Positions 12,461 through 26,037 of a DNA stretch of 64,000 nt are shown piece by piece; position 1 is the first letter of the stretch; each line of letters opens with the position of its first letter. This DNA is from Octopus sinensis. Taxonomy: Eukaryota. The notes beneath the pieces were generated by a model. The model was not told the origin of the DNA. It made no database searches and worked only from the letters and a program-made list of their open reading frames with translations. The position numbers and the translations under genes are program-made. The stretch covers positions 10,624 through 74,623 of the forward strand of contig NW_021834230.1 in the NCBI RefSeq assembly GCF_006345805.1, read 5' to 3'.

Positions 12461-13922
12461 CGCAGTCTGCCAATAAGTTCTCATTTCAAATTCCTTCAGT
12501 GTTGATGAAAAAAATTTATTTTTCAGTCCTGACTTGGAGGTGGGGGGGCAAGGCAGGGTTTGACTATTCTTTTTACTCTTCTCATCAATAAAGTTGCTTT
12601 AATATTTAAATATAGTTTCAGGTGTTGAACTGGCAGACTCATTAGCATATTGGACAAAATGCTTAGTGGTGTTTCTTCCGCTTTTTTCCGCATTCTGAAT
12701 TCGGATAGCGTTGAGGTCGATTCTACCTTGAACCGGCACAACGGTTAAGCACACCCACGACAAAATGCTTAGCGGCACTTCTTCCGGTTTTTTACCTTTA
12801 GTCGAGAAAATCGACCCCGGGACTTATTCTTTGTAAGCCTAGTACTTATTCTATCGGTCTCTTTTGCCGAACTGCTAAGTTACGGGAATGTAAACACACC
12901 AGCATCGGTTGTCAAGCGATGTTAGGTGGGTGGGGGACAAAGACAGACACACAAACACACACATATATATATATATATATATCATCATCATCATCATCAT
13001 CGTTTAGCGTCCGCTTTCCATGCTAGCATGGGTTGGACGGTTCAACTGGGGTCTGGGGAGCCAGTAGGCTGCGCCAGGCCCAGTCTGATCTGGCAGTGTT
13101 TCTACAGCTGGATGCCCTTCCTAACGCCAACCACTCCATAAGTGTAGTGGGTGCTTTTTACGTGCCACTGGCACGGGGGCCAGACGAGGCTGGCAATGGC
13201 CACAATCGGATGGTGCTTTTTACGTGCCACTGGCACGGAGGCCAGTCGGGGCAGCACTGGCTACAGCCACGTTCGGATGATTCTCTTACGTGCCACTGGC
13301 ACTGGTATGACAGCTACAATTTCCATTGATGTCAATCGATTTCGATTTTGATTTTCACTTACCTCAACAGGTCTTCACAAGTATATATACATATATACGA
13401 CAGGCTTCTTTCAGTTTCCATCTACCAAATCCACTCACAAGGCTTTGGTCGGCCCGAGGCTATAGTAGAAGACACTTGCCCAAGGTGTCACGCAGTGGGA
13501 ATGAACCTGGAACCATGTGGTTGGTAAAAGATGATACTTACATATAAAAAATTAATTATATAAATATTTAAATATAAAAAAAAATACTTCAATATCTGCT
13601 TCTGCATTGAGGTTAATGAGCTGGTGCACTCGTTAGCGTGCCAGGAATAATGGCCAGCGACATTTTGTCTGTCTGTATGTTCTGAGTTCAAATTCCCATC
13701 AGGGTTCGCTTTGCCTTTCATCCTTTCAGGAGTCAATAAAATAAGTACCAGTTATACACTGGGGTTGATGTAATTGATTTACCCCCACCCCCTACCCAAA
13801 ATTGCTGGTCATGTGCTAGAATTTGACCCCTATATTTGCATCTCTGCACTGCATTTCAGTTGATTTGATCTCCAATTGTCTTAGCCACATTCTTATATGT
13901 GTGTGTGCATATGTGGATAGCA

Positions 13923-14285
13923 GGAGGCGCAATGGCCCAGTGGTTAGGGCAGCGGACTCGCGGTCATAGGATCGCGGTTTCGATTCCCAGACCGGGCGTT
14001 GTGAGTGTTTATTGAGCGAAAACACCTAAAAGCTCTACGAGGCTCCAACAGGGGATGGTGGTGATCCCTGCTGTACTCTTTCACCACAACTTTCTGTTGT
14101 ACCTGTATTTCAAAGGGCCGGCCTTGTCACTCTCTGTGTCACGCTGAATATCCCCGAGAACTACGTTAAGAGTGCACGTGTCTGTGGAGTGCTCAGCCAC
14201 TTACACATTAATTTCACGAGCAGGCTGTTCCATTGATTCGGATCAACCGGAACCCTCATCGTCGTAACCGACGGAGTGCTTCCAT
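13923..14285 (+). mobile_element. tRNA-headed SINE family D
   Basis: Head ggaggcgcaatggcccagtggttagggcagcggactcgcgg...ggtttcgattcccagaccgggcg continues into a body whose tail recurs inverted at about 2205-2355, 16840-16990, 25800-25990. Confidence 0.8.
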
Positions 14286-14753
14286 CCATGTGGATAGCAT
14301 AGAACTGGAGTTAAACTTGAGGCTAATTAAATTTTACTAAATTCTTCATTATCTTCGAAATTAATTGAATCAAAAGTGTTCTAAATTAAAACTTTTCATC
14401 ATAATTTTATGTTATTTTCTAAACACAAACACCAGCTTAATAACGATAGAACTATTTTACTAATTTAATTATTTTCAAAATTAATTGGAACTAACGAAGT
14501 GTTTATCTACAGCAATATGGTAACAAAAGGGTCAAAGTGATCTAAATACTCTTTTTACTCTTTTCGTTTTTTCAGTCATTTGACTGTGGCCATGCTGGAG
14601 CACCGCCTTTAATCGAGCAACTCAACCCCAGGACTTATTCTTTGTAAGCCCAGTACTTATTCTATCGGTCTCTTTTGCTGAAACCGCGCTAAGTTACGGG
14701 GATGTAAACACACCAGCATCGGTTGCCAAGCGATGCTGAGGGGACAAATACAG

Positions 14754-14811
<58 letters not shown>

Positions 14812-17541
14812 TATATATATATACGATGGGCTTCTTTTAGTTTCCGTCAACCAAATCCACTCACAAGGCTTTGGTCGGCCCGAGGCCATAGTAGAAGACA
14901 CTTGCCCAAGGTGCCACGCAGTGGGACTGAACCCGGAACCATGTGGTTCGTAAGCAAGCTACTCCTGCGCCTATGAAAATTTCCTTACAAAGTTTTGTGT
15001 TTATTTATGTTCCAAATAATTTACTAACAACAAAGTTGCTTTACTAAATTCTTCATTATTTTCCAAATATTTGAAACCAAGAATATTTCAACAGAATTTT
15101 GGTAACGGAACGGTCAATCAGCTATTTTCAATAAACTGTCTTTGGCAACAGAATGACAATCAGAAATTCTCGGTCTTGTTTGTGGTTCCACTACTCTTTT
15201 ACTCTTTTTACTCTTTTACTTGTTTCAGTCATTTTGACTGTGGCCATGCTGGAGCACCGCCTTTAATCGAGCAACTCGACCCCGGGACTTATTCTTTTGT
15301 AAGCAAAGTACTTATTCTATCGGTCTCTTTTGCTGAACCGCTAAGTAACGGGGACATAAACACACCAGCATCGGTTGTCAAGCAATGCTAGGGGGACAAA
15401 CACAGACACACAAACACACACACGCATATATATATATATACGACGGGCTTCTTTCAGTTTCCGTCTACCAAATCCACTCACAAGGCTTTGGGCAGCCAGA
15501 GGCTATAGTAGAAGACACTTGCCCAAGGTGCCACGCAGTGGGACTGAACCCGGAACCATGTGGTTGGCAAACTTTTTTTTTTTTTTTGCTTTGTCTGTTT
15601 GTGGTTGGTGTGCGAAGGCACTTGTCTTTGCGGTTAGGGTGTTGCAGTCGCAATCACAAGGTCATGGTTTCAATTCTCAGACCAGGTGGGGCATCGTGCT
15701 TTTGAGGAAAAACCATGACGACCCCTTGATGCTGTCCTTAGACCTGTCAGGTTGTGTCGAACCTACAAACGCATGCTTGCACCACACAAGGACATTCAGT
15801 GATGTTGTTGTTGTTGTTGATGATGATGATGATGATGATTACCAGAGTCTCGAGGCACCTACAAAAGCCACGGGCACTAAAGCTTCTCGGTGACTCCCCC
15901 ATGATACCAGTCCTCGGAACCATCAGACCCTTCCAAGCTATCCAACCCATGCTAGCATGAAACAAGAACATTAAATAAACGATGATGATGATGATGATGA
16001 TAATGAACCCTACTGATTCAGGAGGCCCTCAAGGGCCACGTGCACTGCCATTGGCACTCCCAAACCTAGCTAAAACAAAAAAAAAAACCCCATTAAAACT
16101 AAATATTTTTTTTTCAAATCTGATGTGTATATATTAACAAATATGCTGTAAGGTGTTATCAACAATTAATGTCTCTCACTTATCATCAAATCTCTAACTA
16201 CTCAGGAAAACTAATATTTTAAGGCAGTGGTTCCCAATTTTTTACAGTCACAACTTATTTGGGTGACTCAATGATTATTCTAAGACTTATTTTTTTAATT
16301 AACAAATCCCATAAAGGGGTGCATTTTACATTTTATACTTAATTTTTGGAAAAAATATTTCCTTTGTTTTTGTTTGCAGTAAATGTTGTGTTTGTAACCC
16401 GTACGTCTGTGGTTTTTATTTATTTTTTTCTTTTTGCTTCATTCATTGCACTGTGGCCATGCTGGAGCAACACTTTGAAAGGTTTAGTTAAATAAATCAA
16501 CCCCACCCCTCAATACTTATTGAGTTGAGTATTTATTCTATCTTTTATTCATCCTCTTTTGTTGAGCTAAGTTACAAGGATGTAAATAAACCAACACTAG
16601 TTGTCACATGGTGAAGAAAGGACAAACACAAAGACCCACTACACACACACACAGAACGGGCTTCTTTCAGTTTCTGTCTACCAAATCTACTCACAAGGTT
16701 TTCGTTGGCTCAGGGCTATAGTAGGAGACACTTACCCAAGGTGCCATGCAATGGGAGTGAACCTGGAACTATGTGGTTGGTAAGTGAATGTGTAACCACA
16801 CACCCATGCCTGCACCTGTGCATCCTGGTGCACTGTCAGAAATAAGGACGAGGGTTCCAGTCGCTCCCGGTCCATGGAACAGCCTGCTCATGAAATTAAC
16901 AAGCAAGTGGCTGAGTACTCCACAGACATGTGTACCTTTAACGTAGTTTTCAGGGAGATTCAGCATGACACAGAATGTAACACAGTGGGCCCTAGTGAAT
17001 TACAGGTACAGTTTATTTTTGCCAGCTGAGTGGACTGGAGCAATGTGAAATAAAGTGTCTTGCTCAAGGAGACAACTTGGCACCAGGATTTGAACTCATG
17101 ACCTTACAATTGTGAGCTGAATACGATAACCACTAAACCATTGACCTATGTGTATAACATATTTAACCTTTTCACATTTAAACTGGCCAAAATAGTCTGA
17201 CATTTTTATGTTCAAACTGACTAGATCTAACCTTTCACACCTACCCTACAATGTCATTCTAAATCTAAACGATCACATATTTGAAATCTCAATACAACAA
17301 GATAATCCACACATCCTTTAAGGCCCTCATGCTTTCCGAAATCCGCCGAAACTACACCTGATTGTCCCCCTTCCATACTCATACACATATGTGTATGTCA
17401 TGACTCATGCACTGTTCTTTTCCTGACGCTTGTACATTACCCTATGTACTATACACACACTTTAGATGAGTTGTGGTGCACCTGAGCACTGTACACAATG
17501 TTTTATTATTATTATTTTTAATGCAAAACAACGTGAATAAA

Positions 17542-17968
17542 TACCGTAAATCCTCGAGTATAATCCGCATTTTTCCCCCAAATTTAAAGGTCAAAATCCC
17601 TAGTGTGTACTATATACGAGGTTAAAAATGAAAATTATTTTCTAAGCAATGTCCGAGTCTCTATTTGCTGTCTGGCAATGTTTATTCAGACGCATTTTGT
17701 GATGTCGGGCGTGAAAATACCTTAAGCTAAGCCTGAAAGCAATGAAGTCATAAAAGAATCCTCCATAACTTGCAGTAAGCAACATTTATTAAACGTTATT
17801 ACTGTTATTTCTTTATTTTCTGCAAACAAAATGCACAAAAAAGCTACACGTTTGCATTATGTGAAATATACAATAATAATAAAGGACGTTACTGTATACA
17901 GTTTTACAAACCAAGGACGTTATATAGACCTCCTTGACTCAAGTTAGAGAAGGGTGCGTATTATACAA
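17542..17968. mobile_element. Tc1/mariner-pogo-like MITE
   Basis: Left end taccgtaaatcctcgagtataa; degenerate right end ttatacaataaatccaggta. Confidence 0.55.
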
Positions 17969-18999
17969 TAAATCCAGGTAAGTGGAAAGAAGTTAAAAGC
18001 AATTAAGAACAAGAAAAGGTGAAAAGATCTTTGGAATTTTTACCTATTTTTTCAAGAACTCTCAACTAACTTGGCATCAGTACTTTGTTTCTATAATTAC
18101 AAATAGGACGAATAAAGTAAAAGACTCTTTTTGGTCATATTCTGAATGCCTTACTTCCTTGGGCATGGATACATTGAAACTCCGACGTCTGGCAGCTGAC
18201 TTGGTAGACACCCATAAAATTATTAACCATCTTACAAACAATAACTCTGAGCACCTTTTCAAACTCCACCTGTCTAAGACCCATGGACATGTTTACAAAG
18301 TCAGAAAACAGCACAGCTGAGAGTTGCTGAAACATGGAACAAACTGCCGGCATCAGTTGTTAGTTGTCGGAGCACTGCATCCTTCAAAACTTCCATGCTT
18401 CCTGAGATTCACCAACACTACACCTGATTTTCTTCCCTCCATACACATGCAGACATGTATCTGACTCATACATTGTTCACTTCCCAGACATTTGTACATT
18501 ACTGCATATGCTTTATATGCACTTTTGACAAGTTGTGGTGCACCTGAGCACTGTATACAATAATTTCATTATTATTATTATTATTAATGACCATTGGATT
18601 ATACCTACAAAGTCCCTCCCCAAGGCACAAGTCCGGGCAAGGTTTTATGGAAGACCAGCAGTCACCCATGCATACCAGGTTCCTGTCTCCACACCACTGA
18701 TGTTATCCAAGGGAAAGGCAAAGGGGTCGATACAGCTTGGCACCCGTGATGTCACAACTCATTTCTATGGTTAACTGAATAGGAGCAATGTGAAATAAAG
18801 TGTCTTGCTCAAGAACACAACATATATCCTGGTCTGGGAATCGAACTCACAATCTCATGATTGTGAGCCCAACGCTCTAACCACTGAGCCATGCACCTTC
18901 ACACACACATTAAGGGCAAAGGGTTAAAACCTCCTTCAGTCATGAATGACCATCAGATTAGTAACCCTCTGAGGCACAAGTCCGAGTAAGGTCAGTTAG

Positions 19000-19430
19000 T
19001 TAATTATTTGGCTCAAAAAGCAAAAAGCAAGGCCATGTAGGGGGACATGGAGTTATGTACAGGGTTGTATTCATGTAAAGAGCTCAGGCCACTTGAGGTC
19101 AAGGGAGACCTTGAACCGAGCGGTCGTCGGCATCTTCACCATCTCGTCCGGCAGCTTATTCCACGGATCCGCAACCCGGACGGAGAAAGCCCCTCTCCTT
19201 CGATTGAGATGAAATCGTCATAGATAGAGCTTTTCGGAATGATCCCGCAGCCGACGCTCTGGAGCAGGAGTGAAGAACAGCTCTTTCGAGAGGTTACACT
19301 TTCCGCTTATGATGTTGTGAGCAAGAATGAGATCTCCACGGCGTCGTCGTTTTTCTAGAGAATAAAGGTCGAGCGTCTTCAGCCTTTCTTCATAAGACAA
19401 ATGCTTGAGACCAAGAACCATGCGGGTTGT
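19000..19430 (-). mobile_element. CR1/L2-like LINE 3' end relic (second family)
   Basis: LSYEERLKTLDLYSLEKRRRRGDLILAHNII is a typical CR1-clade post-RT motif. Tail fragment also at 34490-34630 (+). Confidence 0.85.
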
Positions 19431-20431
19431 TTATGGAAGACCAGCAGTCGCCCATGCATACCAGCCTCCACTCTCCATTGTTATCCAAGGAAATGTCAAA
19501 GGCTGACACACCTGTGACATTGCAACTCATTTCTGAAACTGAGTAGAACTGGAGTAAAAGGGAAATAAATTGTCTTGCTCAAGAACACAACACACAGCTA
19601 GGTCTGGGAATCGAACTCACAACCTCATGATTGTGGGCTCAGTGCACTTACCATTGAGCCATGCACCTTCACTGTAGAAAAATATACCTGTATTTGTCCA
19701 CAATATGACAAATATAGGTATAGCAAATACCTATTTCTTTACTATCCACAAGGGGCTAAACACAGAGGGGACAAACAAGTACAGACATACGGATTAAGTC
19801 GATTACATCGACCCCAGTGCGTAACTGGTGCTTAATTTAATCGACCCCGAAAGGATGAAGGCAAAGTCAACCTCGGCGGAATTTGAACTCAGAATGTAAA
19901 GGCAGACGAAATACCTATTTCTTTACTACCCAAGGGGCTAAACACAGAGGGGACAAACAAGGGCAGACAAAGGGATTAAGTCGATTATATCGACCCCAGT
20001 GCGTAACTAGTACTTAATTTATCGACCTCGGCGGAATTTGAACTCAGAACATAACGGCAGAGGAAATACCGCTAAGCATTTCGCCCGGCGTGCTAACGTT
20101 TCTGCCGTGCCTCTAATGAATGGGTCAGAATTACTAAATGACAGTTAAGGGGAGATAATCTCAAGAATCCCGATTTCCTCAAAACTGATTTGGCAATGAG
20201 GGAAATGATGGAATTGTTTTAATTAATTAATTAGTAATTAATAATTCCACCAAGTAGTATTCGACATGTTAAAAGGACCATTTTCAGTAAACTTAAACAT
20301 TATTATTATTTTTTTTATTTATATAATTATGAGTTTAATTATAATTAGGGTTCACCAAAAAATGTTAGGTATGTGGCGAAGCAAATTTTTTGACTGAACC
20401 TTAATTATAATTATACTCATAATTATATTTT

Positions 20432-20472
<41 letters not shown>

Positions 20473-20922
20473 TTACTCTTTTACTTGTTTCAGTCATTTG
20501 ACTGCGGCCATGCTGGAGCACCGCCTTTAGTCGAGCAAATCGACCCCGGGACTTACTCTTTGTAAGCCCAGTACTTATTCTATCGGTCTCTTTTTGCCGA
20601 ACCGCTAAGTGATGGGGACGTAAACACACCAGCATCGGTTGTCAAGCAATGCTAGGAGGACAAACACAGCAGACACACACATACATATATACGACAGGCT
20701 TCTTTCAGTTTCCGTCTCCCAAATCCACTCACAAGGCATTGGTCGGCCCGGGGCTATAGCAGAAGACACTTTCCCAAGATGCCACGCAGTGGGACTGAAC
20801 CCGGGACCATGTGGTTGGTTAGCAAGCTACTTACCACACAGCCACTCCTACGCCTATGTATGTATATATATGTATATATATATATGTATATATGTATATA
20901 TATATATATATATATAGATATA

Positions 20923-20965
<43 letters not shown>

Positions 20966-21091
20966 TATATAATATGTATATATATATGTATATATATATG
21001 TATATATATAGTATATATGTATATATATATATGTATATATATATATATACATATATAGTATATATATATGTATATGTATATATATCTATAT

Positions 21092-21128
<37 letters not shown>

Positions 21129-21249
21129 GGTCGGGTTGATCCGGGGTTTAACCACATAGTAAGGTACTCAATACATAGCAGAGTAAAATTCTGAGGATTT
21201 CTCTTGATGAAACAGTGCTAGTCCTGTAGAAGCTCCTTCTATATAATAA

Positions 21250-21285
<36 letters not shown>

Positions 21286-21527
21286 ATTATTATTATTCAC
21301 TAAGTAATTTCGGTATAGAAAAGGACCATATTCGTAAAAACTTATACAAGAAGTTTTGTATATAATTATAACAATAATTAAGGGTTCCTTCCTTTTTGCC
21401 TGTGAGTTACAGAGAGGGTTGTCTGTGGGGTCATATTTTGTAGCGAAAAGAATAACGGTCTTTTGGCTGCTATTTCTAATTTTTCGGTATGAGGTTAAGC
21501 AACTCGTTGCTAAAACCTTAATTATTG

Positions 21528-21573
<46 letters not shown>

Positions 21574-21577
<4 letters not shown>

Positions 21578-23347
21578 ATCGACGAGTCACAACTAGCTAG
21601 CGAGTACGCGAGTGCGCGCACCGGGACCACTCTTCTTAATAGTACCCGAATTCTTAGAGATTTCAATCCATCTGTTACCACACCTTGGGTTCTTCATTCA
21701 TTTTCTTCCTTGCGCTTGTGTATTCACGAATGAGTCCATTACCTTCATAAGTAGACGGGACAACAGTAACACTTGGTTTTAGGTTCCCTCCTATTTCATT
21801 TTCTTCTATAATTCTGTTGGTTCTCAGCATCAGGTTCAGAAATAATCTCCTATATGTTTGTTCAGCATACTTCCTTAAATGTTGTTCGTTAAAAAATAGA
21901 AAAGGTCCAGAAATTGACTCACTTTAAATTTCCTTGGTTATGTAAATACCTCAGAAGTCAAGCTTTCGACATTTCTTCTCTTATTATATCTATGCAGCGC
22001 GCAAATAGCCTTCAAAAGAATTTCTACTGAATGCAGAATTTCATATTGTAAATTGAGAGATTTCCATTCTTCGTCAGCGATGGGCATCTGTGGAAAGTTC
22101 TGCAAGTAGAGCATTTGGAAAGCAGCTTTTCAGTTCCAAAAATCTCTCAATCATATGGAATGAGCCATTCCCCGAGTTCTGCAATCCAGTAGAAGTTTAT
22201 ATTCTCTCTTCTCACAAGTTCGCTCCTACAAAATCTTGCAAAATTCATTTTTTCTCGGAGATTTACGGAAAAGTTTTGAAATTTTACTTACCTTATTTAA
22301 AACTTTGTTAATTTCAGGTTTTAGCTGGGGAAAACAAGCATTTTCGTGAGCCAAATCTGTTTGACAAAGTATGTCTTGTTGGCTTATGTCAGCTTCATCA
22401 TCACTGTCGTCTGTTATGGGGATCACCATCGTCTGTTATGGCGGTCACTATCGTCTGTTATGGCGGTCACTGTCGTCTGTTATGGCGATCTCTTCACTTT
22501 TTTTATCAAAAAATTTCGTGTTACTTCCTTGAAATGAATCTGGAACTGGTTATTACATATGCTCAACGGGAAAGATCACCCGCCTGAAGACTAACAGCAT
22601 CCCCTTGACTTGCTATGAATAAACTCAGTTACCTGCAAATTCAAAGAGTCAGCCAGGGGTTAGCGAAGGAGGTGACAAGGTGCTGATCTAAGGTTCAAGG
22701 GGAAAGAAGGTGAGGATATGTTGCAATATGTTTCAATGAAACAGACAGCACTCTCAACTAAAGGCGACCGACAACAGTTCAGTTAGTTCAGTTTCAACGA
22801 TATTTCTTGAAAAGAAAAATTGGAGAAATGTTTTGCGAAAAAAAAACCCCAAAAAACCCAGCATGCCTTAAAATCGGTTTTAGCAAATCGGTTTCGGTTT
22901 TATTGATCATAATATAAAACCGGTTTTGAGGCCTACTTAGAACCTCATGATTGTGGGCTCAATGCGCTAACCATTGAGCCATGCACCTTCACTATAGAAA
23001 AATATACCTGTATTTGTCCACAATAGGACAAATACAGGTATAGCAAATACCATACAATATAAATTCTTGATTTATTAAATTGATCTGTGCCTCTAATGAA
23101 TGGGTCAGAATTACTAATTGACAGTTAAGGGGAGATAATCTCAAAGATCCAGATTTCCTCAAAACTGATTTGGCTGTGAGGAAAATGATGGAATTTCTTG
23201 TCTGGAGATGAGGAGGACAGTCAGGGACATCCGTTTCTGATTCTGTAGCTATCCTTTGGCTTAATAATTAAATGTCTGACTTCTAGAAGATGTATCATAG
23301 TGTCTCTCTATCTCTTTGTATGTGTGTGTGTGTGTTGTGTGTGTGTG

Positions 23348-23380
<33 letters not shown>

Positions 23381-24245
23381 TTTATAATTAGGGTTCAGCA
23401 AAGATTTGCTTTATCACATACCGAAGTTTAGAAATAGCAGCCAAAAAACCTTAGCTATTTCTTCTACTTTAAAAAGGGACTCCCAGAAAAACACCATTCG
23501 GCATGTTAAAAGGACCATTTTCGGTATAGGAGTATAATTATAATTAGGGTTCAGCAAAAAAAGTTCGGTTTGTGGCGAAGCAAATTTTTTTGCTGAACCC
23601 TAATTGTAATTATACTTATAATTATATTTATATAAAAAAATTATATATATATATATGTATATAATTAAAAAATTAAGCAATTGAAAAATTAAAATTAAGA
23701 ATAAAAATAAAAATGAAATTAAAAATTTAATTTATGCATTGTCATTCTCATCAGTGAAGAAGTTTAATAAGATGAAGTAGAATGAGATAAAAATGAAATA
23801 AAATGAAAATAAAATAAGGTACAATTGAGAAATGAGTACGGTATCAGGTGGACGTGAGATGTGCTAAAAATAACAGCTAAATAGTGCCTAAGTTACACAC
23901 ATACACGAAGAAATACTTTTTAGTTTTGAATAATCTTATGAATTGCCGTGTGTAGAACACAAATCCTTTTTGAAAATCCCCCCCCCAAAAAAAATTACGA
24001 GGGATTATATAGGGTGCTTAAAGCAGAACTCTGCCAAAAAGTAATTAATTCAACACCCAAGTGCCTTAATTGGTCGCATACCACAACGTTTAACGGAATC
24101 TATTGAAACAAGTCAACAGGTATAAACTGTTGTGAAATTAAACTTTTTTTTCGTCAGGTTCGGTTAAAATTATAAACAGTGGTCGCGGTGCGCGCACTCG
24201 CGTAGTCGCGCATCCACGCTAGCTAGTCATGACTAGTCGATCCTT
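21574..24245 (-). mobile_element. Decayed hAT-like DNA transposon complex
   Basis: Inverted termini taggatcga.gagtca..actagctagc (21574) / gctagctagtcatgactagtcgatcct (24245). Frameshifted minus-strand relics KVSKISKLFRKSPRKN and RTR(W)NGSFHMIERFLELK near 22100-22330 resemble the hAT TRWNS motif. A third terminus is at 24746. Confidence 0.6.
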
Positions 24246-24288
24246 ACTTTGTGTTTTTGTGTTATTTACTTTGTGGGGAAAAAAATGG

Positions 24289-24694
24289 ATCTTTTCGGTT
24301 TGAACGGCAGTTTTTCCTAGCGGTGTCATATGAAATAGTCACCCATAATTATGACCCTAGTATCAATCTATTGCATTTCAATCTCTTTTAGGGTTAGTAT
24401 TAGTTAGGGTTAGGATTAGGGGTGGGAGGAATGGTATCTTTTTTTTCTTCACAAATGTAAATAAACCCAATCTGTTTCTTAAACGAGGGACATATTCATA
24501 CGGCACAGAATGTTTTCACCTCAATAGACGTCATTGATTGGTTGAAATTGCAGAGATTGAAGAAAAACAACAACAAATATCTTATAAACTATAGAAAAAG
24601 ATGTTTTATAAGCACATTCGACCAGTATATGAAGTTTAAAATTTTTTAGTTACCTAGAAATTATGTTAAAAACTGCCGGTCAAACCGAAAAGAT
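24289..24694. mobile_element. MITE with 27-bp TIRs and internal TTAGGG-like tract
   Basis: atcttttcggtttgaacggcagttttt ... aaaaactgccggtcaaaccgaaaagat; internal ttagggttagtattagttagggttagg. Confidence 0.8.
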
Positions 24695-25988
24695 TAAAAA
24701 AAATTATTTATTTTGTGTTTTATTTATTTTACGAGGTAGTCGTTGTAGGATCGACTAGTCACTACTAGCTAGTGCGGATGCGGGAGTACACGAGTGCGCG
24801 CACCTGACCACTGTTCTTAACAAGTGCCCTGAAACAAGTCGACACGTATAAACTGTTGTAAAATTAGAGACTTTTTTTTTTTTCATCAGGTTGGGTTAAA
24901 ATTATAAACCCAATTAACACCATCTTAAGCTACCCCAGACCAATTAGAAATATTACATAATTAAAAACAGCAATTTATAATTAAGAGTTTCACAAACGAC
25001 ATTCCTATATATATATATATATTGCTGGTTATCTCCCCTTTGATAATACTACTTCCTTTTCCGGTTTAACATCATTCGTGTGAGTAGAGCATCTTCTCGA
25101 TCCTTCAATATTTTCACAAAATCCCTTTTCATCTTGTTGCGAAAACATATAATTTAAACGTATTTTGATTACATTTCTCTAACTAATTCCCCCAAATTTC
25201 ATTTTGCCGTATTTTCATCCCTAAAACCTTTAATAATAACCGATTTTTTATCCACACTTTTCTCTCCTGCCTCCACCGACCGCATTGAGGATTCCTCGAA
25301 TTTTTCTTCGGTCGTTTTTTTTCCATTTAATTTGTTTTAAAACCATTTATATATATATTTCCTATGCTTCAAATGAAATAATTAAGATTTACAATGCATA
25401 TAAACCCTGATTCTTCATCAAAATTGCCAGCAATCGAAGAGAAATTCTTCTCCAGTCGCACATGTCAGCAATCAGCTTCGACTTTCTTCGCAGTCCAAAG
25501 ATCTTTTTTATCTCATTCTATTATATATAGGTACTTGTATCGCAGAGATCCTTTCGGGGTCGATAAATTAAGTACCAGTTACGCACTGGGGTCGATGTAA
25601 TCGACTTAATACCTATGTCTGTCCTTGTTTGTCCCCTCTATGTTTAGTCCCTTGTGGGTAGTAAAGAAATAGGTATTATATATATGTGTGTAGATATGGC
25701 CAGGGTACATTTTGGGAACAAGTTGGATTCAATATTTAATACAGTTGAGTGTATATTGATTGACGAAGGCCTTAACCATTCACCAAGATTATATATATAT
25801 ATGGATGGAAGCACTCCGTCGGTTGCGACGATTAGGGTTCCGGTTGATCCGATCAACGGAACAGCCTGCTCGTGAAATTAACGTGCAAGTGGCTGAGCAC
25901 TCCACAGACACGTGTACCCATAACGTAGTTCTCGGGGATATTCAGCGTGACACAGAGAGTGACAAGGCCGGTCCTTTGAAATACAGGT

Positions 25989-26037
<49 letters not shown>

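Noticed and set aside
12460-12630. Open minus-strand frame NFIDEKSKKNSQTLPCPP...
   Set aside because: No donor site and no homology recognised; it ends in an (ATT)n repeat.
13923-13996. tRNA gene
   Set aside because: The acceptor and anticodon stems do not close properly, and it runs directly into a SINE body whose tail recurs elsewhere.
20754-21155. YI/IY-rich ORFs (also 36924-37361, 43700-45900, 50835-53066)
   Set aside because: Translations of (AT)n/(ATAC)n microsatellites.
24388-24425. Interstitial telomere
   Set aside because: Only a few degenerate TTAGGG units, internal to a TIR-bounded MITE.
25030-25500. Purine-rich minus-strand short frames, possibly a divergent gene
   Set aside because: Frames are short, have no recognisable motif, and could not be linked by splice sites.
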